DNA of 64,000 bases from Candidatus Woesearchaeota archaeon (GTDB lineage: Archaea > Nanobdellota > Nanobdellia > Pacearchaeales > GW2011-AR1). Shown one piece after another: positions 8,580 to 18,606 of the stretch. Both the position numbers and the translations under genes were made by a program. The stretch is from the NCBI GenBank assembly GCA_964551115.1, contig CAZKBE010000001.1:866-64865 (forward strand), in the 5' to 3' direction. The notes beneath the pieces are model-generated. The model searched no databases. It saw only the letters and a program-made list of their open reading frames with translations, and was not told the DNA's origin. Numbering within the stretch: the stretch's first letter is position 1; each line of letters opens with the position of its first letter.

Positions 8580-9233
8580 ATGAAAAAAGAGATGAGAACA
8601 TATAAAGCAATTATTTTTGATTTAGATGGAACTTTAATCAATTCTATGCCCTATCATTTTAAAGCTTTTAAAGACACATTAAGAGAACACGGCGTTAGTA
8701 TGAAAGATGCTACTTTAAAAGATTTTATGGGTAGTTCTACTCGCAAGATTTTAGAGAATATTAAGAAGATTTATCCTTTTGAGGGAAAAATAGATGACAT
8801 TAGAGAAGAAAGAAGATATCACTATTTTAAAGCAGTCGGGAATAGGGATATTTTTATTAGAGGTGTTAAAAAATTAATTCCCATATTAAAAAAGGATTAT
8901 AAATTAGCAATTGCCACTGGCTCTTCAAGAGTTACTGCAAGATATTCTATTACTCGAGATTTTCAAGATAATTTTAAAACCATCGTTACTATAAACGATG
9001 TTAAGCGGGGAAAACCTGCGCCAGATCAACTTTTATTGGCTGCAAAAAGATTAAAAGTTAAACCATCCGAATGTTTAATGGTTGGAGATTCTGTTTATGA
9101 CGTTTTAGCTGCTAAAAGTTTAAAGATGGATTCTTTTGGTGTTTTAACGGGTTATACTTCTAAAAAAGAATTATTCGAAGCAGGGGCTAAAAAAGTTTTG
9201 AGAAACGTTAATAAATTAATAAAAGAATTATGA
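8580..9233 (+). CDS. HAD-superfamily hydrolase, subfamily IA (beta-phosphoglucomutase/phosphatase-like)
   Basis: Motif I AIIFDLDGTLINS, motif III RGKPAPD, motif IV MVGDSVYDVLAA. Confidence 0.75.
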   Translation: MKKEMRTYKAIIFDLDGTLINSMPYHFKAFKDTLREHGVSMKDATLKDFMGSSTRKILENIKKIYPFEGKIDDIREERRYHYFKAVGNRDIFIRGVKKLIPILKKDYKLAIATGSSRVTARYSITRDFQDNFKTIVTINDVKRGKPAPDQLLLAAKRLKVKPSECLMVGDSVYDVLAAKSLKMDSFGVLTGYTSKKELFEAGAKKVLRNVNKLIKEL

Positions 9234-9503
9234 GGTTATTCTTTCATATCTAAAATTATCTCTTCCATAACACTTGTTCATTATTTTTTTGAAGCTTTGT
9301 TCTAAATCTATTCTTTCTGAGTTTGCTAGTCCTATTATCATAAATAAAATGTCTCTTAGTTCATCTGATATTGAGTTTTTTTCATATTACTTAAATTATC
9401 TTAGATTTGTCTGGATAAAGAGCCTGTAACCATTTGTTCTTTATTTGGCGGGCAATTAAATATTAATAAAAAGATATTTAAATGATATTAATTTGAATAG
9501 TAT

Positions 9504-10124
9504 ATGTTAAAGAAAAAATGTTCTAGTTGTAGTAAAAAAATTGAGAGAAAATTTAAGTTTTGTCCTTGGTGTGGTACGCCTACAAAAAAGGTTAAACAAG
9601 AAGATTATGGAATGTTGGGCTTAAATGATGAGGTTTTGAGTGAGGAAACTGTTAATCCTCTTTCTCTATTTGGGGGGTCTTTGGGTAATATTTTTAATCA
9701 ATTAACTAAACAACTCTCTAAGGAATTGCAAAATATGGATATGGCCGACTCTACTAAGCCACGTGGTATCGAGATAAGGTTTTCTACCGGAAAGCCTGTA
9801 CAGAGAGTTATGAAACAAGGTATTTCGAACACTACCAGTGTAGAAGAAATTCCTATCGATTCAGCGGAACTGGAGCGGAGGAAAAAGCTGCCACTTGTTG
9901 TTGCAGTTTCTAATGTTAGGAGGCTTCCAGAGGGCATAATTTATGAAATAGACACTCCAGGCGTTAAATCTAAACAAGATGTTTCTATTCTTAGGATGGA
10001 AAATGGTATTGAGCTAAGGGCTTTTTCGGCAGATAAATGTTATATTAAGACTATTCCTTTAAAGGTGGACATAGTAAAGTATGTAGTAAGGGATGATAAA
10101 GTTATTATTCAGATAAAAAACTAG
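9504..10124 (+). CDS. zinc-ribbon protein with a C-terminal alpha-crystallin (sHSP/ACD)-like beta-sandwich region
   Basis: N-terminus CSSCSKK...FCPWCG is a C4 zinc ribbon. The C-terminus (IYEIDTPGVKSKQDVSILRMENGIELRA...IKTIPLKVDIVKYVVRDDKVIIQIK) resembles the ACD strand pattern of small heat-shock proteins. Confidence 0.45.
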   Translation: MLKKKCSSCSKKIERKFKFCPWCGTPTKKVKQEDYGMLGLNDEVLSEETVNPLSLFGGSLGNIFNQLTKQLSKELQNMDMADSTKPRGIEIRFSTGKPVQRVMKQGISNTTSVEEIPIDSAELERRKKLPLVVAVSNVRRLPEGIIYEIDTPGVKSKQDVSILRMENGIELRAFSADKCYIKTIPLKVDIVKYVVRDDKVIIQIKN

Positions 10125-10167
10125 ATACTAAACTTTTATAAATGGATTTTTCATGAGAATTTTATAT

Positions 10168-10241
10168 GAGGCTATGGCGCAGCCCGGTAGCGCACCGCTC
10201 TGATAAGGCGGGGGTCCCAGGTTCAAATCCTGGTAGCCTCA
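10168..10241 (+). tRNA. tRNA-Ile (anticodon GAU)
   Basis: Acceptor GAGGCTA/TAGCCTC, D-arm GCGC-AGCCCGGTA-GCGC, anticodon stem CCGCT/GGCGG with loop CTGATAA, T-arm CCAGG-TTCAAAT-CCTGG, discriminator A. 74 nt. Confidence 0.85.
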
Positions 10242-10336
10242 TTTTTCTTTAGTGTTTTTGAAGATTTTTTAGATAAATTCACAACTGTTTAAACTAAGGG
10301 CGCTAATTTAAAAACCCTCTAAATTATATTTTATTT

Positions 10337-11479
10337 ATGGAATGTTTGGTGATAAATGCAGGTTCAAGTTCTGTAAAATTTCAACTTTTTCAAGATCAAG
10401 AAACAATTTTATCTGGCCTATGTGAAGAAATTGGAAGTTCAACTTCCAAGATAAAATTGAAAGAAAATGGTGTAAAGAGTGAGTTTAATTTGCATTTGAA
10501 AAATCACAAACAAGCCTTTCAACATATTATCCAGATTTTGAAAGAAAGAGATTTATTGAAGAATTTAAAAAAGGTAGTTCATAGGGTTGTCCACGGCGGG
10601 GAAAAATTCAAAAAACCAACTAGAATTGATAAAAAGAATTTGGCCTTGCTTAGGGATTTGATTCCTCTTGCTCCTTTGCACAATCCGGCAAATATTGAAG
10701 GTATTGAAATTATGTCTGATCTTCTTAAGAAAGTTCCTCAAATTGCAGTTTTTGATACCTCCTTTCATGCAACTATGTTTGAGGAAGCATATCTCTATGG
10801 TTTACCTTATTCTTGGTATACTGAACATGGTGTTAGAAGATATGGGTTTCATGGCTCTTCTCATGAATATGTTTCTAAAGAGGCTATAAAACTTTTAGGT
10901 AAGTCACATTCCAAAATAATTACTTGCCATTTGGGAAATGGTGCAAGTGTTTGTGCTGTAAAAAATGGAAAATCTATTGATACTTCTATGGGTATGACTC
11001 CTCTAGAAGGAGTTATTATGGGTACTCGTTCAGGTTCTATAGATCCTGGAATTATTTTTCATATGTTACATCAAAAAAAAATTTCATCTAAGGAGCTTGA
11101 AAGAATCTTAAATAAAGAGTCCGGATTAAAAGGTATTAGTGAGTTGACAAGCGATATGCGTCCATTAGAGGAAAACATGGTTTCTTGCAGCAAATCTGGA
11201 AGAGCTATGAAAGTATATTTATACAATCTTCTCAAGATTGTTGGCTCCTATATTGCTGTTTTAAACGGTATCGATGCAATTGTCTTTACTGGAGGGGCCG
11301 GGGAAAAAAGTGCCGTGGTTCGAGAGTATATTGCAAAAAATCTTGATTTTTTAGAAATTAAATTGGATAATGAAAAAAATAAGAAAAACTCTCTTGAAAT
11401 AACTTCTAAATCTTCCAAAGTTAAGATTTTTGTTATTCCTACAAACGAGGAATTGCAGATGATTAGAAATACTTCTTGA
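10337..11479 (+). CDS. ackA: acetate (propionate) kinase
   Basis: N-terminal LVINAGSSSVKFQLF matches the acetate-kinase signature 1. HLGNGASVCAV matches the conserved HLGNG(A/S)S motif. Length 380 aa. Confidence 0.8.
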   Translation: MECLVINAGSSSVKFQLFQDQETILSGLCEEIGSSTSKIKLKENGVKSEFNLHLKNHKQAFQHIIQILKERDLLKNLKKVVHRVVHGGEKFKKPTRIDKKNLALLRDLIPLAPLHNPANIEGIEIMSDLLKKVPQIAVFDTSFHATMFEEAYLYGLPYSWYTEHGVRRYGFHGSSHEYVSKEAIKLLGKSHSKIITCHLGNGASVCAVKNGKSIDTSMGMTPLEGVIMGTRSGSIDPGIIFHMLHQKKISSKELERILNKESGLKGISELTSDMRPLEENMVSCSKSGRAMKVYLYNLLKIVGSYIAVLNGIDAIVFTGGAGEKSAVVREYIAKNLDFLEIKLDNEKNKKNSLEITSKSSKVKIFVIPTNEELQMIRNTS

Positions 11480-11614
11480 ATATTCTCTAAATCTTCTTGA
11501 TTTCTTATTCATGTAAAGATTCGATAATCTTTTAAATACTTAATTTTTATTAGATTTAGGTGATTGATTAGTTAAGAACTGGCAAGGAATCGCCTTAGAA
11601 TTCTTAAAACAAAA

Positions 11615-11920
11615 ATGGAAAATTATAGGCCCAGACTATTGTTTACTGAAAAAGGAAGCCCTAGGGGCATTCAAGGGGATTATTTGATCGAGGGCCATTT
11701 GGACATGGGTGGCAGTCAAATTTTAGTTGGACCTTATTCAAGAACTGAATCTTTTGATGATCGGTTTAGGGTAGCTGAAAATCTTGCTATAAAAATAAGA
11801 AAAGAGGGGATAGACGCATTAATTTTAATAAATGAACAGTTACAGCGAGCTGCCTTTATCGGAGATATTGCTACTGAACTGCGAAGAAAAGGTTTCAAAA
11901 TAGAGGTACAAGAAAAATGA
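11615..11920 (+). CDS. small conserved-looking protein of unknown function (first gene of a 4-gene coupled operon)
   Basis: 101 aa. Elevated GC (~40%). Its stop overlaps the next start (ATGA at 11917). Confidence 0.4.
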   Translation: MENYRPRLLFTEKGSPRGIQGDYLIEGHLDMGGSQILVGPYSRTESFDDRFRVAENLAIKIRKEGIDALILINEQLQRAAFIGDIATELRRKGFKIEVQEK

Positions 11921-12192
11921 GTGTAGAATATTATCTTGTTGACAAAACTTCTTTGGATAGTAAATGGGGTAATTATGATTTGGTAAGGGAGTCTTCTAAT
12001 GGTCAAAAAAGGGTTTTAACTAGTTTTATTACTATTTCTAATCCTAGGGGCTATCGAATTTCGGAATCCAATGAGAGAGGAGTTAAATTTTTAGCACAGG
12101 TTAAACCTTCTGAAAGAGATTCCAAACTAGAAGAATTAGCAAAAAATATATCGATTAATGATTTTTTGGAGGGATTAGAATGTCAGAATTAA
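11917..12192 (+). CDS. small protein of unknown function (operon gene 2)
   Basis: 91 aa. Start overlaps the upstream stop. Its stop overlaps the next start at 12180. Confidence 0.35.
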   Translation: MSVEYYLVDKTSLDSKWGNYDLVRESSNGQKRVLTSFITISNPRGYRISESNERGVKFLAQVKPSERDSKLEELAKNISINDFLEGLECQN

Positions 12193-12425
12193 ATTTAGAT
12201 AGTATTGTTCTACCTCCAAAATTAAAGATATTAGAAATAGGTTTACTTATGCAATTAGACTCTTCAACGCCTACCCTTTCGGTTGTTTCTAGAAATAAAA
12301 TCTTACCCTATAAAAGAGAATTAGGTCGATGCGGTTATATGGTAGGACTTTATACTTTTCCTGATCGAGGAGAATCCTACGGAAGATATATATTGGAGGT
12401 AAGAAAAGATGCCCATAGATCTTAG
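12180..12425 (+). CDS. small protein of unknown function (operon gene 3)
   Basis: 81 aa. Overlaps both neighbours, indicating translational coupling. Confidence 0.35.
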   Translation: MSELNLDSIVLPPKLKILEIGLLMQLDSSTPTLSVVSRNKILPYKRELGRCGYMVGLYTFPDRGESYGRYILEVRKDAHRS

Positions 12426-13488
12426 AACTCGTAAACTGGCACAGCTTGCAGTAAGAAAGTGTATAAATGCAAAACCTGGACATAAAATAATACTCTCTGG
12501 AGGAAGCGAAGCAATCCCCTTTTTGGTTGAATTGTATAAGGAGGTTATATTACAGAAAGCTACACCTATTGTTAAGGTTAGTTTACCCGATGTAAATGAT
12601 TTTTTCTATAAACATGCAACTAAAGATCAATTAGAGGAATTTCCGGATTATTGGTTTGATACGATTAAACAAGCACAAGGGTTTATTGGGGTTGATACGG
12701 AGATAAACTCTAGAGAACTTTCCAATTGTGATTCTAAAAAAATGTCTATTCGGGGGAAAGTTACCCATAAAATCTCCAATTATGTTTGTAATGAAAGAAC
12801 CAAAATAAAAAGAACAACGATTGCTTATCCTTGTTTGGCTTTGGCTCAAGATGCTGAAATGTCTTTAACAGAATATGAAAATTTTGTTTATGGTGCTACT
12901 ATAGGAGTTGATTGGAAAAAGATAGACCTCTTGATGAAAAAAGTTTTATCTAAATTTAAAGAGGGTTCAAAAGTTCATTTAATTGGGGAAGGAATTGATT
13001 TGAGATTTAATGTGCATGGGGGAAAAGCAATTTCAGATATTGATTTTGATAATATGCCTGCAGGTGAAGTTTTTATGGCTCCTATTAGGGAAAGCGTGAA
13101 TGGTTTTGTTAAATTTGATTACCCTTCTGTAAGAAACGGCAAAGAAGTTACAGATATATCGCTAAGATTTGAAGATGGGAAAGCGGTTGAAATAAAGTCA
13201 ACTAAAAATGAAGATTTTTTGAAAGAGATGTTAGCTGTAGATTCAAATGCCTCTTTTATTGGAGAATTTGGAATCGGAATGAATCCAAAGGTTACTAAAT
13301 ATACAAATAATCTTCTATTTGATGAAAAGATGGGTGGAACAATTCATCTAGCAATGGGAATGGCCTATAAGGACAATGGGGGAGGAAATGATTCTTCATT
13401 GCATTGGGATTTGGTTAAGTCTATGGGGAAGGCGAAGATTGTTGTCGATGGAAAAGTTATTCAGGAGAATGGGGCTTGGAAGCTTTAA
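12409..13488 (+). CDS. M29-family aminopeptidase (aminopeptidase T/S-like thermophilic metalloprotease)
   Basis: 359 aa with the M29 layout. N-terminal LAQLAVRKCINAKPG region and C-terminal FGIGMNP...GGTIHLAMG metal-binding-like region. Confidence 0.7.
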   Translation: MPIDLRTRKLAQLAVRKCINAKPGHKIILSGGSEAIPFLVELYKEVILQKATPIVKVSLPDVNDFFYKHATKDQLEEFPDYWFDTIKQAQGFIGVDTEINSRELSNCDSKKMSIRGKVTHKISNYVCNERTKIKRTTIAYPCLALAQDAEMSLTEYENFVYGATIGVDWKKIDLLMKKVLSKFKEGSKVHLIGEGIDLRFNVHGGKAISDIDFDNMPAGEVFMAPIRESVNGFVKFDYPSVRNGKEVTDISLRFEDGKAVEIKSTKNEDFLKEMLAVDSNASFIGEFGIGMNPKVTKYTNNLLFDEKMGGTIHLAMGMAYKDNGGGNDSSLHWDLVKSMGKAKIVVDGKVIQENGAWKL

Positions 13489-13562
13489 TTCTTCTATTTT
13501 TATTCTAAACATGGACGAATTTTATAGTACAAATTCTTAAAAACCCCTTATTTCTATAGGGA

Positions 13563-16400
13563 TTGATGGTAGAAAAACAAAAAACAATTAATGATAAAGA
13601 ACTTGAGATTCTAGATTTTTGGGATCAAGATAAGACTTTTGAAAAATCTTTGAAAAAGACAGAAAAAGGTAAACCTTATATTTTTTATGATGGGCCTCCT
13701 TTTGCAACAGGGTTACCTCACTATGGGCATCTGCTTGGGTCTATAACTAAAGATGTTTATGGAAGATTTTGGACTATGAATGGTCGATATGTGCGAAGAG
13801 TTTGGGGTTGGGATTGTCATGGGTTACCTATTGAAAATATTGCGGAAAAGGGGTTGGGTATAAATTCTAAGGATGAGATTGAAAAGATGGGTATTAAGAA
13901 ATTTAATGAATACTGTCGAAATAAGGTCTTAGGATATTCCGCGGATTGGCAAAAGATTATACGTAGAATCGGAAGATGGGTAGATATGAAAAATTGTTAT
14001 AAAACTATGGATAATAATTATATTGAATCTGTTTGGTGGGCCTTTAAGCAGTTATATAACAAGGGATATATCTACGAAGGTGAGAAAATTTTGATGTATT
14101 GCCCTCGTTGTTCTACTCCCTTAGCTAAGGCTGAAGTAGCTATGGATAATTCTTATAAAGTTGTAAAAGACGAGACTGTTGTGGTTAAATTTAAATTAAA
14201 AACTAAAGGGGTTTATGCTCTCGCATGGACAACAACTCCTTGGACATTGCCTTCAAATCTGGCTTTGGCAGTTAATTCTGGATTAATTTATAGTTATTTA
14301 AAGGACAAGTCTGATGGGACGGTTTATTTGTTGGCAAAAAGTTTGATTCCTAAATTTTTCAAGTCTGAAGAAGAATATGAGATTCAAGAAGAATTATATG
14401 GCAGGGATTTAGAGAATTTAGAATATGAACCTTTATTTCCCTATTTTGAAAAGACAGAGAATGCTTTTAAGATAATTTTGGGGGATTTTGTTACAGCTGA
14501 AGATGGTACTGGGATAGTTCATACTGCTCCTGCTTTTGGAGAAGAGGATTATAATGTTTGTAGGAAGTACAAAATTCCTATGGTTCAACCAGTAGATGCA
14601 AAAGGAAATTTCACCAAGGAGGTTGTAGACTTTGCAGGGAAATATGTACATGATACAAATACAGAAATTATAATCTTTTTAAAAAAACAGGGCAAAGTAA
14701 TTTCTATAAAGAAAATGGATCACGAATATCCATTTTGTTATAGATGTGATACTAAATTAATTTATAGAGCAATTCCTGCATGGTTTGTAGATATTCAAAA
14801 AATAAAACCTAAAGTTTTAGAATTGAATCAAAAATTAAATTGGTATCCTGGTTTTTTGAAGGATGGTAGAGTGAAATACACCATAGAAACAGCCCCCGAT
14901 TGGAACATTTCAAGAAATAGATATTGGGCAACAGCAATGCCAATTTGGAAGTCTAAAGACGGAGAACTTTTAGTAATCGGAAGCGTAGAGGAGTTAAAGA
15001 ATTATGCCAAGAATCTTTCTATGAAAGAAATAGATTTACATAAAGATTTTTTAGATGAAATTATTCTAGAAAAAGATGGAAAAGAATTTAGAAGAGTTCC
15101 TGAAGTTCTTGATTGTTGGTTTGAATCAGGTAGTATGACTTTTGCCCAATTTCATTATCCTTTTGAAAACAAAGAATTTTTTGAGAAGAATTTTCCTGCA
15201 CAATTTGTTGCAGAATATATTGCTCAGGTAAGAACATGGTTTTACTATATGAATGTTCTTTCAGCAATATTATTTGAAGATATTCCTTTTGAGAATATAG
15301 TTACTACAGGTACAGTCCTTGCTGAAGATGGTCAAAAAATGTCTAAAAGTAAAAATAACTTTCCAGATCCTTCAATATTAATTGAAAAATATGGTGTGGA
15401 TGCTATGAGATTTTTCCTTATGTCTAATCAGGTAATGAATGCAGAGGATATAAGTTTTTCTGATAAATTTGTGGAAGAAACATATAAAAAAGTTTTAGTT
15501 CTGCTTCATAACGTTATGAACTTTAATATAATATACAAAGATATCCCTTTAAAGGATAAATTAGACTCTAAAAATCTCTTAGATAAATGGATTATATCTA
15601 GAGTAAATGCATTAGTAAAAGATGTTCAAAAAGATTATGAAAATTATAACACTATTTCTGCTTGCGATAAAATAAAAACTTTTATTGAAGACTTATCTAC
15701 ATGGTATGTTCGTAGAAATAGAGATAGATTTAATGAAGGAGATTTGGATGCGAAGACAACCCTTAACTTTGTTTTAGAAAATACTGCAAAGATTATTGCT
15801 CCGATTATGCCTTTTAGTGCAGAAATGATTTTTAGATCCTTGGGGAAAACTGACTCGGTTCATTTAGCAAATTGGCCTTCTTACTTAGAAAAGAATATAG
15901 ATAGTAATTTGGAGCGTCAAATGCAACTAACAAGAAATATTGTTTCTCTTGCTTTAAAAGAAAGAGATATTGCTCAACTTCCATTAAAGCAGCCTCTTTT
16001 AGAATTGTCTATTTTTTCTCCTACACTTGATAAGAAATTTACAGAAATAATTGCTGAAGAAACAAATGTGAAAAAAGTTTCATTAGAAAAATCTGATGAA
16101 ATCTCGGTAATATTAAATAAAAAAATAACTCCGGAACTTGAAGATGAAGGTATTGCAAGGGAGCTAATAAGAACAATTCAGGCTATGAGAAAAAAGAATA
16201 ATCTTGTTAAGGAAGATCGTATAAAGATTAATTTAAACATAGACTATTTAAGAAAAGAACAAGTATTTGGTTTTATTGAAAAGGAAAAACAAAGGATTGG
16301 TGCTGAGGATATTTCATTTAGTGTAAGTGAAAAATTAGCTTTTATTGAGGAGGGTTTGGTAAGGGATAAATCTTTTTCTATATCTTTTTCAAAAATTTAG
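13563..16400 (+). CDS. ileS: isoleucyl-tRNA synthetase (class I, eukaryote/archaeal type)
   Basis: PPFATGLPHYGHLLGS is the HIGH region typical of archaeal/eukaryotic IleRS. GWDCHGLPIE and KMSKSKNN (KMSKS) are present. 945 aa. Confidence 0.9.
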   Translation: MMVEKQKTINDKELEILDFWDQDKTFEKSLKKTEKGKPYIFYDGPPFATGLPHYGHLLGSITKDVYGRFWTMNGRYVRRVWGWDCHGLPIENIAEKGLGINSKDEIEKMGIKKFNEYCRNKVLGYSADWQKIIRRIGRWVDMKNCYKTMDNNYIESVWWAFKQLYNKGYIYEGEKILMYCPRCSTPLAKAEVAMDNSYKVVKDETVVVKFKLKTKGVYALAWTTTPWTLPSNLALAVNSGLIYSYLKDKSDGTVYLLAKSLIPKFFKSEEEYEIQEELYGRDLENLEYEPLFPYFEKTENAFKIILGDFVTAEDGTGIVHTAPAFGEEDYNVCRKYKIPMVQPVDAKGNFTKEVVDFAGKYVHDTNTEIIIFLKKQGKVISIKKMDHEYPFCYRCDTKLIYRAIPAWFVDIQKIKPKVLELNQKLNWYPGFLKDGRVKYTIETAPDWNISRNRYWATAMPIWKSKDGELLVIGSVEELKNYAKNLSMKEIDLHKDFLDEIILEKDGKEFRRVPEVLDCWFESGSMTFAQFHYPFENKEFFEKNFPAQFVAEYIAQVRTWFYYMNVLSAILFEDIPFENIVTTGTVLAEDGQKMSKSKNNFPDPSILIEKYGVDAMRFFLMSNQVMNAEDISFSDKFVEETYKKVLVLLHNVMNFNIIYKDIPLKDKLDSKNLLDKWIISRVNALVKDVQKDYENYNTISACDKIKTFIEDLSTWYVRRNRDRFNEGDLDAKTTLNFVLENTAKIIAPIMPFSAEMIFRSLGKTDSVHLANWPSYLEKNIDSNLERQMQLTRNIVSLALKERDIAQLPLKQPLLELSIFSPTLDKKFTEIIAEETNVKKVSLEKSDEISVILNKKITPELEDEGIARELIRTIQAMRKKNNLVKEDRIKINLNIDYLRKEQVFGFIEKEKQRIGAEDISFSVSEKLAFIEEGLVRDKSFSISFSKI

Positions 16401-16451
16401 TTTTTACCCCTATAGGTTGAGAAAATTTACAGAAAGATTTAAATACTCCTT

Positions 16452-17270
16452 ATGTATAAAAATATTATGATTGTCAAAGAGGAATTTTTGGGAAGACTAA
16501 GAAAGATATTTGATTTAAATCTTTATGAAGTTAAAGTTTGGGCTGCTTTGCTTTCGAGAAGACAATCTACAGCAGGCGAGCTTTCTTCTATTAGTGATGT
16601 TCCTCGTTCTAGGACTTATGATATTCTTGAAAGTTTAGAAAAGAAGGGATTTATTATCATGAAACTTGGTAAACCTATTAAATTTGTGGCATTAAAACCT
16701 GAAGAGGTTATAGAGAGGGTTAAAAAGAATTTGATTGTGGATGCAACGGAGAAATCTAAGAGATTAGAAAAACTTAAGGGAGAAGATGTTTTAGAGGAAC
16801 TTAATGGTTTGTTTACTGAAGGAGTAAAGTTTGTGGACTCTACTGATTTATCGGGTTCTATTAAAGGAAGGCAAAATCTATACAATCATTTAGATATGCT
16901 TGTTAGAAATGCAGAGAGTTCTATAACTTTTGTTACAACTTCTGAAGGTTTAACTAGAAAAATAGAGGTACTCTTACCTTCTCTAGAGAGAGCTAAGAAA
17001 AGGGGAGTTTCTATAAGGGTTGCTGCTCCCATAACTGAGGCAAATAAGAAAATAGCAAAGGAGCTTCAAAAAGTAGCAGAAGTTAAGGATTGTCAGAATT
17101 TAAAAGCAAGGTTTGTCGTTATCGATTCAAAGGAATTAATGTTTATGGTCTTAGATGATGATAAAACTCATCCTAGTTATGATGTCGGTATATGGATAAA
17201 TACAGAATTTTTTGCAAAAGCTTTAGAGGATTTGTTTAATGTTGCCTGGAATAGTTTTAAGAAAGTTTAA
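16452..17270 (+). CDS. TrmB-family transcriptional regulator (paralog 1)
   Basis: N-terminal wHTH LYEVKVWAALLSRRQSTAGELSSISDVPRSRTYDILESLEKKGFI matches the TrmB DNA-binding domain. Has the C-terminal TrmB-like effector domain. Confidence 0.75.
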   Translation: MYKNIMIVKEEFLGRLRKIFDLNLYEVKVWAALLSRRQSTAGELSSISDVPRSRTYDILESLEKKGFIIMKLGKPIKFVALKPEEVIERVKKNLIVDATEKSKRLEKLKGEDVLEELNGLFTEGVKFVDSTDLSGSIKGRQNLYNHLDMLVRNAESSITFVTTSEGLTRKIEVLLPSLERAKKRGVSIRVAAPITEANKKIAKELQKVAEVKDCQNLKARFVVIDSKELMFMVLDDDKTHPSYDVGIWINTEFFAKALEDLFNVAWNSFKKV

Positions 17271-17340
17271 TTTTTTAGCTTGATCTTTTTAGAGATAATC
17301 TTTATTTGTTCTATTTATACTTTTTTATAATTCTATTAAA

Positions 17341-18606
17341 TTATTCTTTTTTGATTTCTTTAAATCCCGTATACTTCCAAAGAACTTTTGGAATTTTTAT
17401 AGTTCCATCTTTTTGTTGATTATTTTCAATTAAAGAAATCATCAGCCTCGGTAGTGCTATTCCAGATCCATTTAATGTATGAACAAATTTAAGTGTACCA
17501 TCTTTTGCTTGATATCTAGTATTCATTCTTCTTGCTTGAAAATCTGTACAATTGGAGCACGAAGAGCATTCAAGATATCTATTCATTGAAGGACTCCATA
17601 CTTCTAGGTCGTAAGTCTTTGCAGATGCAAATCCTGCATCTTGAGTGGATAATAATAATCTTCGAAACGGTAATTCTAATTCGTCTAATATTTTCTCAGC
17701 ATAGGCAGTCATTTCTTCGTGAAATTTCCAAGATTCTTCTTGAGTGCAAATATAAACCATCTCTACTTTTTCAAATTCGTGTAATCTAAAAAGTCCTTCT
17801 TCTCCGGCTTTTCTGCCTGCTTCTGTCCTATAGCATTGGGTAAATGCACAAAACTTTTTTGGTAGGTCTTTTTCAACTAATGTTTCTTCAGAGTAAATAT
17901 TTGTTACAGGTACTTCTGCTGTTGGAACCATAATTAGTTCATCATTTGTTTTGTAGAGCTGATCCTCAAATTTTGGTAAGTTACCTGTACCAAAAGCTGC
18001 ATTACGATTGACCATTTGGGGAGGATTTATTTCGGTGAAACCGTTATTTTCGTGGAAATCTAACATAAATTGTACAAGAGCTCTCTGTAATTTCGCAGCT
18101 TTTCCTAGCAATATGTAAAATCCAGCTCCAGATATCTTTGTGGCTCTTTTCATATCTATTAATCCGAAATTTTCTAGAAGTTCTAAGTGTCCTATTGGTT
18201 TTTTTATTTCTGGAATTTTTCCTTTTTTATAAACTTCTTTATTATGTGATTCATCTCCTATAGGGGCATCGGAACTTTGAATATTTGGAAGTTTAGAAAT
18301 CACTTCATCGATTTCTTTTTTTAGGGTATCTTCATTTTCTTCATTTTCTTTTAGCTGCTTAGAAATTTCTTTACCTCTCAATATAGATTTTTCTGCTAAT
18401 TTTTCTTTTTTTTCTTTTTTTGATAGATTTATAGATTCTGATACTTTATTTCTTTCACATCTTAAGTCATCATCTTGCTTTTTTAATTTTCTCCATTTTT
18501 CGTCGAGCAATAGAAAATTCTCAACTAATGAGACTTCGTAACCCCTATTAGCTGTATTCTTTTTAACCAATTCTGGATTTTCTCGCATCAATTTTACATC
18601 TATCAT
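17341..18606 (-). CDS. serS: seryl-tRNA synthetase (class II)
   Basis: N-terminal coiled-coil arm. Class II motifs including RTEAGRKAGEEGLFRLHEFEKVEMV and GSGIALPRLMISLIEN (motif 3-like). 421 aa. Confidence 0.85.
   Translation of the reverse strand: MIDVKLMRENPELVKKNTANRGYEVSLVENFLLLDEKWRKLKKQDDDLRCERNKVSESINLSKKEKKEKLAEKSILRGKEISKQLKENEENEDTLKKEIDEVISKLPNIQSSDAPIGDESHNKEVYKKGKIPEIKKPIGHLELLENFGLIDMKRATKISGAGFYILLGKAAKLQRALVQFMLDFHENNGFTEINPPQMVNRNAAFGTGNLPKFEDQLYKTNDELIMVPTAEVPVTNIYSEETLVEKDLPKKFCAFTQCYRTEAGRKAGEEGLFRLHEFEKVEMVYICTQEESWKFHEEMTAYAEKILDELELPFRRLLLSTQDAGFASAKTYDLEVWSPSMNRYLECSSCSNCTDFQARRMNTRYQAKDGTLKFVHTLNGSGIALPRLMISLIENNQQKDGTIKIPKVLWKYTGFKEIKKE

Noticed and set aside
11734-12006. 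90-aa minus-strand ORF opposite the small-protein operon
   Set aside because: It is antisense to three co-oriented, overlapping + strand ORFs with a consistent coupling pattern. It is kept as a caveat, because the small-protein operon itself is unverified.
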